Below are positions 1 to 13,064 of a stretch of DNA of 64,000 nt, piece after piece. A program made the translations under genes and the position numbers. How positions within the stretch are numbered: position 1 is the first letter of the stretch; each line of letters starts with the position of its first letter. The notes under the pieces are model-generated. The model had not been told where the DNA came from and made no database searches. It was given only the letters and a program-made list of their open reading frames with translations. The DNA comes from Malacoraja senta (lineage: Eukaryota). The stretch spans positions 62,001 to 126,000 of the forward strand of contig JAXLNO010000548.1 in NCBI GenBank assembly GCA_038087875.1, read 5' to 3'.

Positions 1-365
1 TATACTATTCACTGCAAAACACAAAGGGCTGCAGAGACTCAGCAGGTCAGGTAATATCTGGAGGGATTTTATCCCAGCCAAAAATAAACATTATTCAGAA
101 TAATGAAATATATACAAAACAAGAACAGTGCAAACAACATTTCTGCCATTCTCGGTGTCCACACATGGATTAATTACAGTTATTTTTGGTTGTGTTCACA
201 AACTATCCTTATCTCAAGCACCCTTGCCACTTGTATAGCCCTCCTGGGTTAATAGCCCTTCCCTTGTTTGAGGGGCGTCTTCACCAGTTGCAGCCCCCCA
301 ATGTATTGCCACGAAGGACCCTAGACTGTAGACCTCCACTGAGCCTTGGTGTTGGCTGCAACAAG

Positions 366-1062
366 CTCCAGTGAGTCCCTCAGCACATACTCCTGCAGTC
401 TGGAATGGACAGATGATGTTTTGGGTCAGACACTTCTTCAGACTGATTGTAATAGAAAGCTGAAAAAGAGTTGTGGGGCTGGGACAAAGCCTGGCAAGTG
501 ATACAGGTGATAAGACATAAAAAGCTGGAGTAACTCAGTGGGACAGGCAGCATCTCTGGAGAGAAGGAATGGGTGACTTTTGAGGTCGAGATTCTTCTTC
601 AGACTAGTTGAGGATAAGGGAAACAAGAGATATAGAAAAGGATGTAGAGAGATAAAGAACAATGAATGAAAGATATGCAAAAAAGTAACGATGATAAAGG
701 AAACAGGCCATTGTAAGTTATTTGTTGGGTGAAAACGAGAAGCTGGTGCGACTAGAGAACGGATTTAGATAAATAGATGGGTGGAGTAAGTGGCAATGGC
801 TAGAGGTGAAAAGGAGACAAAGTGTCTGAAGAAGGGTCTCGACCAGAAACATCACCCATTCCTTCTCTCCAGAGATGCTGCCTGTCCCGCTGAGTTACTC
901 TAGCTTTTTGTGTCTTATCACCTGTATCACTTGCCAGGCTTTGTCCCAGCCCCACATCTCTTTTTCAGCTTTCTATTACAATCAGTCTGAAGAAGCGTCT
1001 GACCCAAAACATCATCTGTCCATTCCAGACTGCAGGAGTACGTGCTGAGGGACTCACTGAAG
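366..1062. repeat. Long inverted repeat (arms about 235 bp) built from Penelope terminal repeats
   Basis: 366-604 is the reverse complement of 825-1062, with only about 4 differences in the outer ~150 nt. Each arm contains two hammerhead-like motifs. Confidence 0.85.
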
Positions 1063-1474
1063 AGTTTTAACCAGCATCAGCAGTTCCTTCCTGTACATCC
1101 TGCCTTGTGCAGCATTGTTCTGTGTTTACAAATAGAGTGTAAATAAAACTTGGCATCCTGTGTGCCATTTAAATCATTTATGATTGATGTATATTTTTAT
1201 TCCATGCAATCCTACAAAGTATCCCACAAATACACCACTCGGCAGCATTCAGTGGATGGTGCCTGAGGCAAGGCAGCTCTTTGAACTAGTTCATGGATCA
1301 CATGTGTATTCTTTTTACATTGTCTTTTACAATTTAGTTGACCAATTAGTTTAAATCTTTTTCCCCCAAGTCACTGAACTTTTTCCACAGGAAGTACTTT
1401 TTTATGGCCCATTCTAGTGAGAATATTGATGACTGAAAAACAAGAAAACTGTTCTTCTGTACTCACTCTAAACT

Positions 1475-2200
1475 CATGACTGCGCAGCCAGACATAATCC
1501 GAACTCCATCATCAAGTTCGCCGACAACACCACTGTTGTGGGACGAAACACTGATGGTGATGAGTCAGAGTATATTAGTGAGATCGACCGATTGACCAAA
1601 TGGTGCCAGCACAATAACCCGGCCCTCAACACCAGTAAAACCAAGGAACTGATTGTGGACTTTGGAAGAGGTAGGATATGAACCCACAATCCCGTTTATA
1701 TCCCGGGACGATGGTGGAAAGGGTCAAGAACTTCAAATTCCTGGGCGTGCATATTTCCGAAGATCTTTCCAGGTCCCAGCACACTGATGCAATTATAAAG
1801 AAGGCACATCAGCGCCTCTACTTCCTGAGAAGATTACGGAGAGTTGGTATGTCAAGGAGGTCTCTCTCGGACTTGTACAGGTGCACAGTAGAGAGCATGC
1901 TGACTGGTTGCATCGTGGCTTGGTTCGGCAACTTGAACGTCCAGGAGCGGAAAAGAATCCAGAAAGTTTGTAACTACTGCCCAGTCCATCTTCGGCTCTG
2001 ACCTCCCTTCCATCGAAGGGATCCATCGCAGTCGCTGCCTCAAAATGGCTGCCAACATCATCAAAGACCCACACCATCCTGGCCACACACTCATCTCTCT
2101 GTTTTATCTCTGTATTATGTTTACATATTCTGTTGTGCTGCAACAGGCAAGAATTCATTGTCCTATCTGGGACACACGACAATAAAACTCTCTTGACTTT
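1475..2200 (+). mobile_element. Rex1/Babar-type LINE 3' fragment (RT C-terminus + tail)
   Basis: NSIIKFADNTTVVG, ERVKNFKFLGVHISEDL, KKAHQRLYFLRRLRR, YRCTVESMLTGCI.AWFGN, and tail ending GACAATAAAACTCTCTTGA. Confidence 0.8.
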
Positions 2201-2216
2201 TGGGCAGCACTATTAT

Positions 2217-2526
2217 GGGTGGCACAGTGCAGTAGAGGTAGAGTGACTGCCTCACAGTGCCAGAGACCCGGGTTCGATCCTAACTATAGGTGCTGTCTGT
2301 ATGGAGTTTGTACTTTCTCCCCGTGATCTGCATGGGTTTTCTCCAAGACCATCGATTTCCTCCCACACTCCAAAGACATACATGTTTATAGGTTAATGGG
2401 CTTGGTGTAAATATTAAATTGTCCCACGTTTGTGTGTAAGGTAGCGTTAAGGTGCGTGAATCGCTGTCCGGTGCAGACTCGGTGGGCCAAAGGGCCTGTT
2501 TCTGCTCTATATCTCTAAACTAAACT
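2217..2526 (+). mobile_element. HE1/V-SINE-like tRNA-derived SINE
   Basis: Box A/B head (GGTTCGATCC), V-core GGTTTCCTCCCACACTCCAAAGAC, and CR1-like tail GGGCCTGTTTC..TATCTCTAAACTAAAC. Confidence 0.85.
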
Positions 2527-2829
2527 ATTAACATGTGCACCAAATCACTGAGGAGAATAAAGTCATCGAACACAGAAATTTGTGTCATAGTTTAAAAATA
2601 AGGGATAGGCCATTTAGGAATGAGATAAGGAAAAACGTTTTCACCCAGAGAGTTGTATATCTGTGGTATTCTTTGCCACAGAAGGCAGTGGAGACCAATT
2701 CACTGGATGTTTTCAAGATAGAGTTAGATTTAGCTCTTAGGGCTAATGGAATCAAGGGTATGGGTAAAAAGCAGGAACGGGGTACTGATTTTGGATGATC
2801 AGCATGCGTGCTGGCGCAGTCTTCACCTT

Positions 2830-3295
2830 CTGACGTCTAGATTATGAAGGGTATCTTCAACTCGGGCCTAGAGACGTGGAGATATGGGTTGTTAACATTG
2901 TGCTACATCAATTCGCCGGTGGGCTCCAGCTACATCCCTGTCCTTGGTCAAACTCACTTACTCGTGATTATGCTCATGGCGCTGAGTTCAGCGCAACGGG
3001 TCCAGTCATTGCATAAGTTAACACTGGATAAGAAGATCTGCGGGCAATAATAAGGTTTTATGTTTATGACTTAGTCAAGCAGAGTAGACCAGGGGCATAA
3101 GGTCAAACTAGATGTTTGCATATCCCATGGACCTTGGGTTGTGTGGGGTCACACATCTACACCAGAATGTTAAGGTCCCTAAGAGCCTTATAGACTCTGA
3201 ACTAGCAATATTGTTAGTTACATAAAACCTCGTTAGAAGGTATCACTACAGACCATCTCCAGGGGGTTAAACGGGTCTGGCTTACGTGCCTACTC
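2830..3295 (+). mobile_element. DIRS-type tyrosine recombinase relic
   Basis: Degenerate translation gives MKGIFNS.., IMLMALSSAQRVQSLHKL (LxLxSxxRVxxL with the catalytic Arg), LVKQSRPG and VSYIKP..KVSLQTISR. It has frameshifts and stops. Confidence 0.7.
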
Positions 3296-3914
3296 CTGCA
3301 CCTACAGTATTTTCTATGTTTCCATGTAAATCTCACATTCCAATTAATCTCCTCTCTCAATTTTCCCACCACCCACATTCACTTGGGGAAAATTACCTTC
3401 CAGTCAAATAACCTGATCCTACCTCACAAATGTTTATAAACACTTTAAGTGTAACCTTGTTAAATGTCTTCTGAACAGAAGTGATTCATCTTCCCATTTT
3501 CTCTACCATCTCAAAAATGTACATACTTCAGCCGGCATAACTACACTTTTACACATCCTTATTCTTCTCTCTGATAAATTCACAGCAGGTCAAGAGCACA
3601 ATTGCTCGAGCCCTGAGGAATGTATTGCTGGACTCAACTCTCAATATTAATCAGCAAAGGACCCATGTTCTAGGGTATGATTACATTACAAATCTACCAA
3701 ACAACCTTTCCATTTTCAGTGGAAAATAAGGTAAAATAATGACATGGTGCTATAAACTTGACACAGAAATATAACATGTTGGAAATGATCCAACAGCATC
3801 TGTGGAAGTAAATAGAGTTGCAACATTTTAGTTGCCAAATTAAATGATGAAGGTCTAGAATGTGAATTCAGATTTCCTCTCCTTAAGCTTGAACTTTTCC
3901 TTGCTTTCTGGGTA

Positions 3915-4200
3915 TTTAGTTCAATTTAGAGATACAGTGCAGAAACCGGTCCTTCAGCCCACCGAATCCACGCCGACCAGCGATCCCCGCACACTATCAC
4001 TATTCTATGCACACTTGGGACAATTTAGAATTTTACTAAGCCAATTGGTATGTCATTGGAATGTGGGAGGAATCCGGAGGAAACCTGCACCTGTCATGGG
4101 AAGTACGTACAAACTCCATGCAGAGAGAAACCGTAGTCAGGATCAAACCCGGGTCCCTTGCGCTGTAAGGCTGCAGCTCTGCCGCTGCACCACCGTGCTG
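3915..4200 (-). mobile_element. HE1/V-SINE-like SINE
   Basis: Reverse complement of the same family consensus. Confidence 0.8.
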
Positions 4201-5329
4201 AACCATATTTTTAGCATTTCCTGCCAAATCCTAAACTGTATCAGAAGATGACTTCGCATGCAGTCTTGGTCTTATGCCATTTCAAATATTGTTTTGAAAA
4301 TATTACTACAATGGTTTATGAATAATAGAAGTGACTTACTGTACCAGTTAAAAATCATTGTGAAAAATTTAATTCCCTCCAAATTACATTCCCTTCTGTT
4401 GTGCAGCAAGTAAGAATGTCATTGTCCTATCTGGGACATATGACAATAAAATACTCTTGACTCTTGAAGATGTGAGGAAGGGTCTCAACCTGAAATGTTA
4501 CCTATTTCCTTTTGCCAATAATGCTGCATGACCCACTGAGTTACTCCAGCATTTTGTGTCTATCTTCGGTGTAAACCAGCATCTGCAGTTCCTTCTTACA
4601 AAGATGTTCCTCTACCACCTGAGTTCCTACAGCAGTTGTTTTTATGATACTAGGTTGACATGCAATTGAGACATGCTGTGAGCTTTCCTTCAAAGCAGGA
4701 GGACAATTAAGCCCATATGCTCAATCCATGCACATTTTTACCAATGACGTATTGTAAAGCCTTAACAGTACAATTTACATTCAGCTTTCAGATAATGCAT
4801 TCGACCACAAACAGATGTCTATCTCATTAAATTCTACCAGATAAGGCTTGGAAAGTCTGAAAAGGGGTTTCGACCCGAAACGTCACCCATTCCTTCTCTC
4901 CAGAGATGCTGCCTGTCCCGCTGAGTTACTCCAGCTTTCTGTGTCTATCATTGAAAGACATTCTCCCTCCCCCACACTTCCTGCAGCTTAACGTGCTTCT
5001 TTTTTTCCTCCTAGAAAAAGACACAAAGTGCTGGGACAACGCGACAGGTCAGGCAGTATCATTGGAAAACATGGATATGTGGTGTTGTGGAATTGATCCT
5101 TCTTCAGACTCATTGTGGGAGGTTGGGGGGGGGGGTGGTATGGGCATTGTAGAGGGGGAGGGGAAGGGGGAGATGAAGGAAACTGGATGAAAGGAGGGGC
5201 AGGTAATAGGTGAACATAGGTGAGGAGGCGGTAATGGGGGGAGTTGATAGGGAGATTATGGACAAGGGCCAGAGATAAAAATACAGAAGGTGCGCAACAA
5301 AATAATTGAAAGGTTGCAAATGGCAAATT

Positions 5330-5920
5330 TAGAAGGAAGGGGGAGAGGAGGGAAATAGGTGCAAGTCCAGGTGGGCTACAGGGGAGGGGGGCAACGGTGG
5401 GGAGAAATATGGGTGTGGGGGAGAAAGGGGAGGAGGAGGAGGAGGAGAGTAGGGCTTAGGTTTCCTAAAATTGGCGAGTTCAATGTTCACACCATCAGGT
5501 TGAAAGCTACCCAAGAAGAATATTAGGGGCTGTTTGCAATTGACCTCACACTGGCAATGGAGGAGACCCAAGACAGAAAGGTAAATATGGCAATGGGAAA
5601 GGAAGTTCAAGTGGTTAGCAACCAGGAGATCCAGTGCAGAAGTCCATGGCAGATCCAGTTTCGGCGAAATGGTCGTGGAGTCAATGCTTGGTCTCGTTGA
5701 TATACAGGAGGCCACATTGGGAATGCAATAGATCAGTTTAGAGAAGGTGTACATGAATCTCTTGTCTCACCTAGAAGGACTGCTATGGTCCCTCGAGGCA
5801 GACCACAGAGGAGGTACAGGAACAGATGTTACATCCGCAGTTGCAGGGGAGATTACCTGGGATGCTATGGTTTGTGTGGGAAGTGATGAGAATTTTAGGT
5901 AACCTACCCCCCCATTTCTT
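5330..5920 (-). mobile_element. Penelope-like GIY-YIG fragment, degenerate
   Basis: YTFSKLIYCI..LLVANHLN..SVLGLLHC..LGSFQPDGVNIE. Confidence 0.75.
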
Positions 5921-6959
5921 CCCCTCCCCTGTGCCCCATCTGGACTTGCATCTATTTCTGCCCTCCCCCGTCCCGTTCATCCATTCCTCTATTTTCACAA
6001 TTCACCATTCTTTAATTCCTTTTGTCTTTTCATCTCTGGCCTTTGTTGTCGGAAAATCCTCTCTGCAACATTTTAGTTTAGTCTATTGTTACGTGTACAG
6101 AGGTACAGTGAAAAGCTTTTGTTGCCTGCTAACCAGTCAGCGTAAAGACAATACATGATTACAAACTAACCATTTACAGAGTAGAGATACATGATGAGGG
6201 AATAACATTTAGTGCAAGGTAAAGCCAGTAAAGTCCGATCAAAGAAAGTACGAGGGTCACAAATGAGGCAGATAGTAGTTCAGGACTGCTCTCTCATTTT
6301 GGTATCTATCACCTATCATCTGCCATACTTTGTTCTGCCCCTCCTCTCTTCCAGCTTTATTTACCCCCACAATCAGTTTGAAGAATGGTCCTGACCCAAA
6401 ACCTTAGCATCCCACGCTCTCCAGTAATGCTGCCCGTCCCACTGAGTTATTCCAAAACTGTGTCTTATTTTGTTAACCAGCATCTTCAGTTCCTCCTTTC
6501 TTCTTTCTCCTCCTTCCCAGTCCTGAAGGGTCTCTGGCCTAAAACATTCTGCTTTCCTGCCCACAGATGCGGCCTGACCTACTGCATATTGCCAGTGTAT
6601 TCGGTATTTTACTAAAGTCAATTTTAATAATACTATTCCTGCATGCATTAATGAATTACTATCCTTTTCAACTATGTTCAAGGTATGAACATTTCAGCAT
6701 GCAATTCTACCGTAAAAATATCATAAAAATACCAAACAACAGTGTTATTCAAAGAAGTAGTTAATATCGAGACATGTTGGAATCTTGAGCAATGAAATAC
6801 TGGAGGAACTCAGTGAGTCAGGCAGCATCTGTGGTTGGAATGGACAGGTAATGTTTTGAGTCAGGACCCGTCTTCAGTAGTTTAAATAGTTTTGAATCTA
6901 GCTACTTGCAATAAATCAGTAATTTTAGTGGTTTTTAAGGTTAGTTTAGAGTTAAGGGT

Positions 6960-7250
6960 TGACTTGAGAATTAAGGGACAGAAGTTTAGGGGTAACATGA
7001 GGGGGAACTTCTTTACTCAGAGAGTGGTGGCTGTGTGGAATGAGCTTCCAGTGAAGGTGGTGGAGGCAAGTTCGTTTTTATCATTTAAAAATAAATAGGA
7101 TAGTTATATGGACGGGAAAGGAATGGAGGGTTATGGTCTGAGCGCAGGTATATGGGACTAGGGAAGAATACGTGTTCGGCACGGACTAGAAGGGTCGAGA
7201 TGGCCTGTTTCCGTGCTGTAATTGTTATATGGTTATATTATATGGTTATA
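6960..7250 (+). mobile_element. CR1 LINE 3' end
   Basis: FRGNMRGNFFTQRVVAVWNELP, ending CTGTAATTGTTATATGGTTATA. Confidence 0.8.
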
Positions 7251-7535
7251 GCGGAAACAGGCCCACTGGGTCCATGCTGACCATTGATCTCCCATTCACT
7301 CTAGTTATTCCACTTTCTCGTCCACTCTTTACACACTAGGGGCAATTTACATAGGCCAATTAACCTACAAAGCTGCATGCCTTTGGGTTGTGGGAGGAAA
7401 CCGGAACACCTGGAGGAAACCCACTCGGTCACAGTGAAAATGTGCAAACGCCACATAGACAGACCTGAAGTCAGGATTGAACCTGGGTCTCTGGCGCTAT
7501 GAGGCAGCAACTCTCTACCATTGCACCACTGTGCT
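7250..7535 (-). mobile_element. HE1/V-SINE-like SINE
   Basis: Head, V-core and tail present in reverse orientation. Confidence 0.75.
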
Positions 7536-10500
7536 GTACTTCACAAAACCCATTAGCCAGATCAACACACGTAAATGGCAAAGAAAATCAAAGGAGCATT
7601 GGCGGCCATGGGTGCCTGTGTTATATGGAAAATAAATTGTGAGGAATAGGACTGATGAATGAAAGAATGATTGAATGATACTCTATTGTCACATGTACCC
7701 AGGGTACCTGGGTATAGTGAAATGCTTTGTTTTCCATGCAACCTCGGTCTATCCTTGACCGGACTTTGCTGGCTTCACCTTGCATTAAACATTATTGTAA
7801 TCATGTATTGTCTTTCTACTGACTGGTTAGTAAGCAACAAAAAGCTTTTCACTGTACCTCGACACGTGACAATAAACTAAACTGAACCTAGGCTGTACAA
7901 AAATGTCGTCATGTGTTGGCGCAGACAAAGTTACAAAGTACCGAACAGTCCTATCCACTGCCTGTTGCCACACATGGCAGCAGACCCCATCCCCACCAGT
8001 TCCCCCTTTGTTCTTAGTGGCGCCCCCATCCCCACAGTTCCCCATTTGTTCTCGTCCCCCTCAATGGGACAGCCTCCCTGTGCTGAATGCCCTACGTCTA
8101 CAATGTTCTAAGTATAAGATTAGATTAAGCAATGCTCACTGTTGAACTTTGTACCTGCAAACCTTTATTACTTTGTTGGTCTGTTTGAATACAAACATTC
8201 TTGGGTGTTCTTGTCTGTACAAACTAAAATGTGTTGGTTTCTCTGTGACGTTTGAATTCGGGTATCATGCTCACCAATCTTTTTTAACAGATGCAGCATG
8301 GAAACAGGCCTTTCTGCCCACTGAGTCTGCACTGACCATCAACCCATACACTAGTTCTATGTTTTCCCTGTTTCACATCCTACACACTCAGGGCAATTTA
8401 CAGTGGCCAATAAACCTACAAACACACACGTCTTTGGAACGTGGGAGGAAACAATAGACAATAGACAATAGGTGCAAGAGTAGGCCATTTGGCCCTTTGA
8501 GCCAGCACCGCCATTCAATGTGATCATGGCTGATCATCCCCAATCAGTACCCCGTTCCTGCCTTCTCCCCATATCCCCTGACCCCGCTATCTTTAAGAGG
8601 CCCATCTAGCTCTCTCTTGAAAGTATCCAGAGAACCGGCCTCCACTGCCCTCTGAGCACCAAGAGGAAAGCCGAGCGGTCACAGGGAGAACGTATCAACT
8701 CCATACAAACAGAACCCATTGTTGGGATCCTTCTTGTGTGTGTAGGAAGGCACTGCACATGCTGGCTTACACCAAAGATAGAGACAAAATACTGGAGTAA
8801 TGCAGTGGAACAGGCAGCATCTATGGATAAAAGGAATGTACCTTCTAGTATCCCACTCTCTTTATATATTAATTTATTGTAATTGGAGCAGTCTGCAAAA
8901 CTCGCCATAGACAAGAACAAGTGTTTATGTGGATTGGCTACCATTAAACTCTAGTCCACTGCAATGAAATGCAGATTTAGCATTTTACAGATCAATACTT
9001 TGAGGGCCCCGTTTACAATGATATGTGCATCCCATCATTTAGAATGCCCCTTCACCTACTCTTTTGAAGCCTTCTCCACACATATAGTCACAGAGACACA
9101 CAAACAGAACCTTCAGCCAACAGTCCACTGACCATGAAGCACTCATTCCATACCATTCCATCCCACCATTGAATAGATCTACAGGAGGTGCTCCTTCAGA
9201 AAGACAGCTAATATCATCAGAGACCCACACCACCCTGGCCATACTCTCAGGGCCGGACACCCTGGACCTGGAATTCGCCCGGAAGATCTGGCCCATCCAT
9301 CACGGACTGAGTTCTTGCTCGCTGTGGACCGTGGATGGAGGACCCACCTGGAAGGCCCAGCTCTCCCGCCCAGAGTGGAAGGAGTCAGATGGATGGCTTA
9401 TAGGCAGACAGGCTGCGGGAGGGAATGGACTGCCTCAACAGTGGAGTGGGTGCTGGAGGCCCTACAGCAGCCTGGGACTTGGCTGTTCCAGGCGCTGATC
9501 CAAGAGGCCGGGCACATGGACCAGTTGCGCCCTGCAGCAGTAGAGGACACCACAGCTTCGATTGGACAGGTCAACCCTCAACAACACCAGGACAATGGGC
9601 CTCATGGTCAGGCCAAGAACCCTCACTTACAACAACTGGGACATGAAAATGGCACCATAAACTGGCGACACTGTATACTGTCTCAGCGTACTACTGCTAT
9701 ACACTTATACTGTATCCGAGATGCTTATCTAAGATGTATCTAAGGACTTATATATAGTGATACTTGTACTAAACTGTATACAATAATGAATTTCACTGTA
9801 CCTCGGTACTTGCCACATATAAAATACCGTTGAACCAATCAACTGTCTCTGAGGTTAGAGAGCCTGAGAACTGTTAGCTCCAGGTTTAAGAGCAGCTTTT
9901 TTCTCATGAGCAGCAGGCATTTAAACACTGCACAACACGAACCACAACCTTACCTCAACAACTCTGATCTGTGATGGACTTTATTTTGGTTGCAGTAAGG
10001 ACGTTTGTTTTTCCACTGTTGTGGTCTGGTTACCTAGTATAACTAATAGTAATTTATTTTACCATTGATTGTTGTATATTTAATATGTGTATAAGAATTT
10101 CATTGTTCCATTGCCAGTACAGATGACAATTAAACTCTTGCTCTTGATCAACTCATTCTTATTCTCTGCAAGTTCCCATCATCTCTCTCCAGATTCTATC
10201 ACTTACCTACAAATGACAGTCAATTTACATTGAAGAAACAAGGAACTACAAATGTTGGTTCACAAAGAGACGCAAAGTGCTGGAGCACCTTAGTGGGTCC
10301 GGCAGCATCCCTGGAGATCATGGATATGTGATGATGGATAGATGTTTCGGGTCAAGACCCCTTCTTCACTCTGTGGAAGGGTGTTTACCCTAAACGTCAT
10401 CTAGCCACGTTCTCCGGAGATGCTGCCTGACCAGCTGAGTTACTCCAGCACTTAGCGATAGACACAAAATGCTGGAATAACTCAGTGGGTCAGGCAGCAT

Positions 10501-10929
10501 CTCTGGAGAATAGGAATGGGTGATGTATCAGATTGAGGCCCTTCTTCAAACTTTGTCATCATTGTGCTAACTTGCTCCATCCCATTCACCCATCATCTTT
10601 CTGATTGAAAAATATTCAGATTTTAAACTCTGATCATTGTATTTAAATATCTAAGACCAACAGCTCTTTCATTCAAAGCATATCTTTCAATCATTTGTTC
10701 TCATATATCTCTATATCACCGCCTGTATCTCTCGTTTCCCTTTCCCCTGACTATCAGTCTGAAGAATGGTCTCGACCTGAAACGCTACCTATTCCTTTTC
10801 TCCAGAGTCGCTGTCGGACCCGCTGAGTTACTCCAGCATTTTGTGTCTATCTTCGGTTTAAACCAGCATCTGCAGTTCCTTCCTACGCAGCTCCTCCCTC
10901 GGCATGCATACAGTCCATACAATTTCACA

Positions 10930-11160
10930 GTTGAGGTTAGCGTTGTGTATTGTTCACGTGCGTGATAGTTGTTGGGAAGAAGCTATTCTTGAACCTGGTT
11001 GTCATGGTTTTCAGACACCTATACTTTCTTCCCCATGGTGGGAGGTAATGAAAGCGTGGCCAGGGGGATGATGTTGCCTTCCTTTTTGAGGCAGCGTCTC
11101 GTGTGGATCCCTTCGATGGTGGTGAGGTCAGAACCCACGATGAACCGGGCAGTATAACTT
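10930..11160 (-). mobile_element. Rex1/Babar-type LINE 3' fragment
   Basis: YLPPWGRKYRCLKTMTTRFKNSFFPTTI. Confidence 0.65.
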
Positions 11161-12289
11161 CCTGATTATTCACAAATTTAAGTATTTCATCTGAAGAGCA
11201 GGCCTAAGTAATAGAATTGCTCTCTAAATATCCCTTCCTCTTATTCTTCCTTTAAGATGCACCTTAAATGTTTATTTTGCTAATTGTCATGTCATGCCAT
11301 TATACTGCTCGAAGTAAAATGTTACAGAATAATATTCTTACGAATCTCATTGAAGCATTTTCCTACATTGGAACTGCTATAAATGTTATTCTTTATATCT
11401 AAGCCTGTTTCCCCTTTCACCAAATTAGATTATTACCATCAAAGGAGAATGTCATTGTTTTGTTTGGCTCTAGAGATGCATGTTGGAATGTGATCATTAA
11501 AATCTTCCCGTATATTGAACCCTGAACTACACTACACTCAGCTATGATTAATGAACAAAATAAAGTGTTGGAGTAACTCAGCAGATCAGGCAGCATGGAT
11601 AGGTAATGTGTCGAGTCGGACCCTGTAGACCTATGGACTGTCTTTGGTTAAACTAAGCATTCGAGGTGTTTTTGCACATGTATTGGGATTATCAATTAAC
11701 TGGATTTTTAGTATGTTATCTATTTGTTTTGTCTTACAGGTCTGCTAAGCTGCTACAAGAATTTCATTGTTTTGTAGTCAGCACATATGACAATTGAACA
11801 CTCTATACTCTCTTTCCTTCTGGATTCTCTTGTGGAGTGGGATCAAACCTAACATCAGCAAAATGTTGCCATTCATCCTTTGTTCCCAATCTCTGATATT
11901 CTATAAGATCATAACCGATCCTCCAGCAGACAACCATTTTCCCGAACTAACCCAGAATTCCTTTTGTATCCAAGCATCTTCCTATCCCTGCCTCAAGCAT
12001 CTGATTGACTGAATGCCCACAGCCTTCTTGGACAGAGAATTTGAAAGACTAATTACCCTCTGGGTGAAAAGATTTCATCTCATTACTGCACTGAATTCAA
12101 CGATTCAATGATATTTTATTGTCACATGCACCTAGGTACAGTGAAATACTTTGTTTCGCATACAACGGTAAAATCATATAGCAGACCTAACCTAGGCAAT
12201 ACACAAGTGTCACCATGTTTTGGTGCCATAAGAATGTCTGAAGCCTTATTTTTAAACTGTGAATTTTGGTTCCAGACACACCAGTCTGG

Positions 12290-12815
12290 GGAGAAATAAA
12301 AAGATCATCCCTCATGTTCTGAACTTTGACTCACTTCATAAGTCAAAGGTGCAGAATTTGGTTGTTCAGCCCATCGAGTTTACTCCACAATTTAATCATG
12401 GCTGACCTATCGTTCCCTCTCAGTGCCGTTCTCCTGTCATCTCCCTGTGACCTTTGACACTCTTACAAATCGGGCGGCATTTTCTGTTTTTGTATTCCAG
12501 TCCTCTTGATATAAATCACCTTCCTGACTACCGATTCAATTTGCAAATTAACCTTTTAGGAGTCCTGCACCAACACTCCCATGTCACTGTGTGCCTCCGA
12601 TTTCTGGATTCTCTCTCCATTTGTAAAATAATCTACGCCTTTATTCTTATTACCAAAATGCATGTCTCCACACTTTGCTATACTGGATTTCATCTGCCAC
12701 TTCTCTGCCCACTCTCCTAACCCGAACAAGTCCTTCTGCAAAGTCCTTGCATCCTCTACACTGCCTGCCCCTCCACCTATTTTAGCATCATCTGCAAACT
12801 TGGCCACATCACTAC
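12290..12815 (-). mobile_element. CR1 LINE fragment
   Basis: VAKFADDAKIGG..LQKDL..LGEWAEKWQM. Confidence 0.85.
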
Positions 12816-13064
12816 TAAACAACATAAACGTGACGACCGCACGTTTGGAGCTAAGAGTTGTCACTCAGTCAATAGCAAAATCCACAGTGTGTGCTAATCT
12901 TTTAATGATTTTGCATTGTACTAGTGCCTCGCTCTCTTCCCACATTTCAGAATCAGATCAATCAGAATCAGAATCACACTTTATTCGCCAAGTATGTTTT
13001 GCAACATACGAGGAATTTGGCCATAAACTTGAACCTGTCAAACAATGCACTTTGTGTAGGATAG

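Noticed and set aside
9285-9310. P*WMGQIF on minus as a degenerate alpha1 exon for the second leader
   Set aside because: The flanking translation shows none of the other alpha1 motifs (YFDS, WD, H.L.Y) and there are no suitable splice sites.
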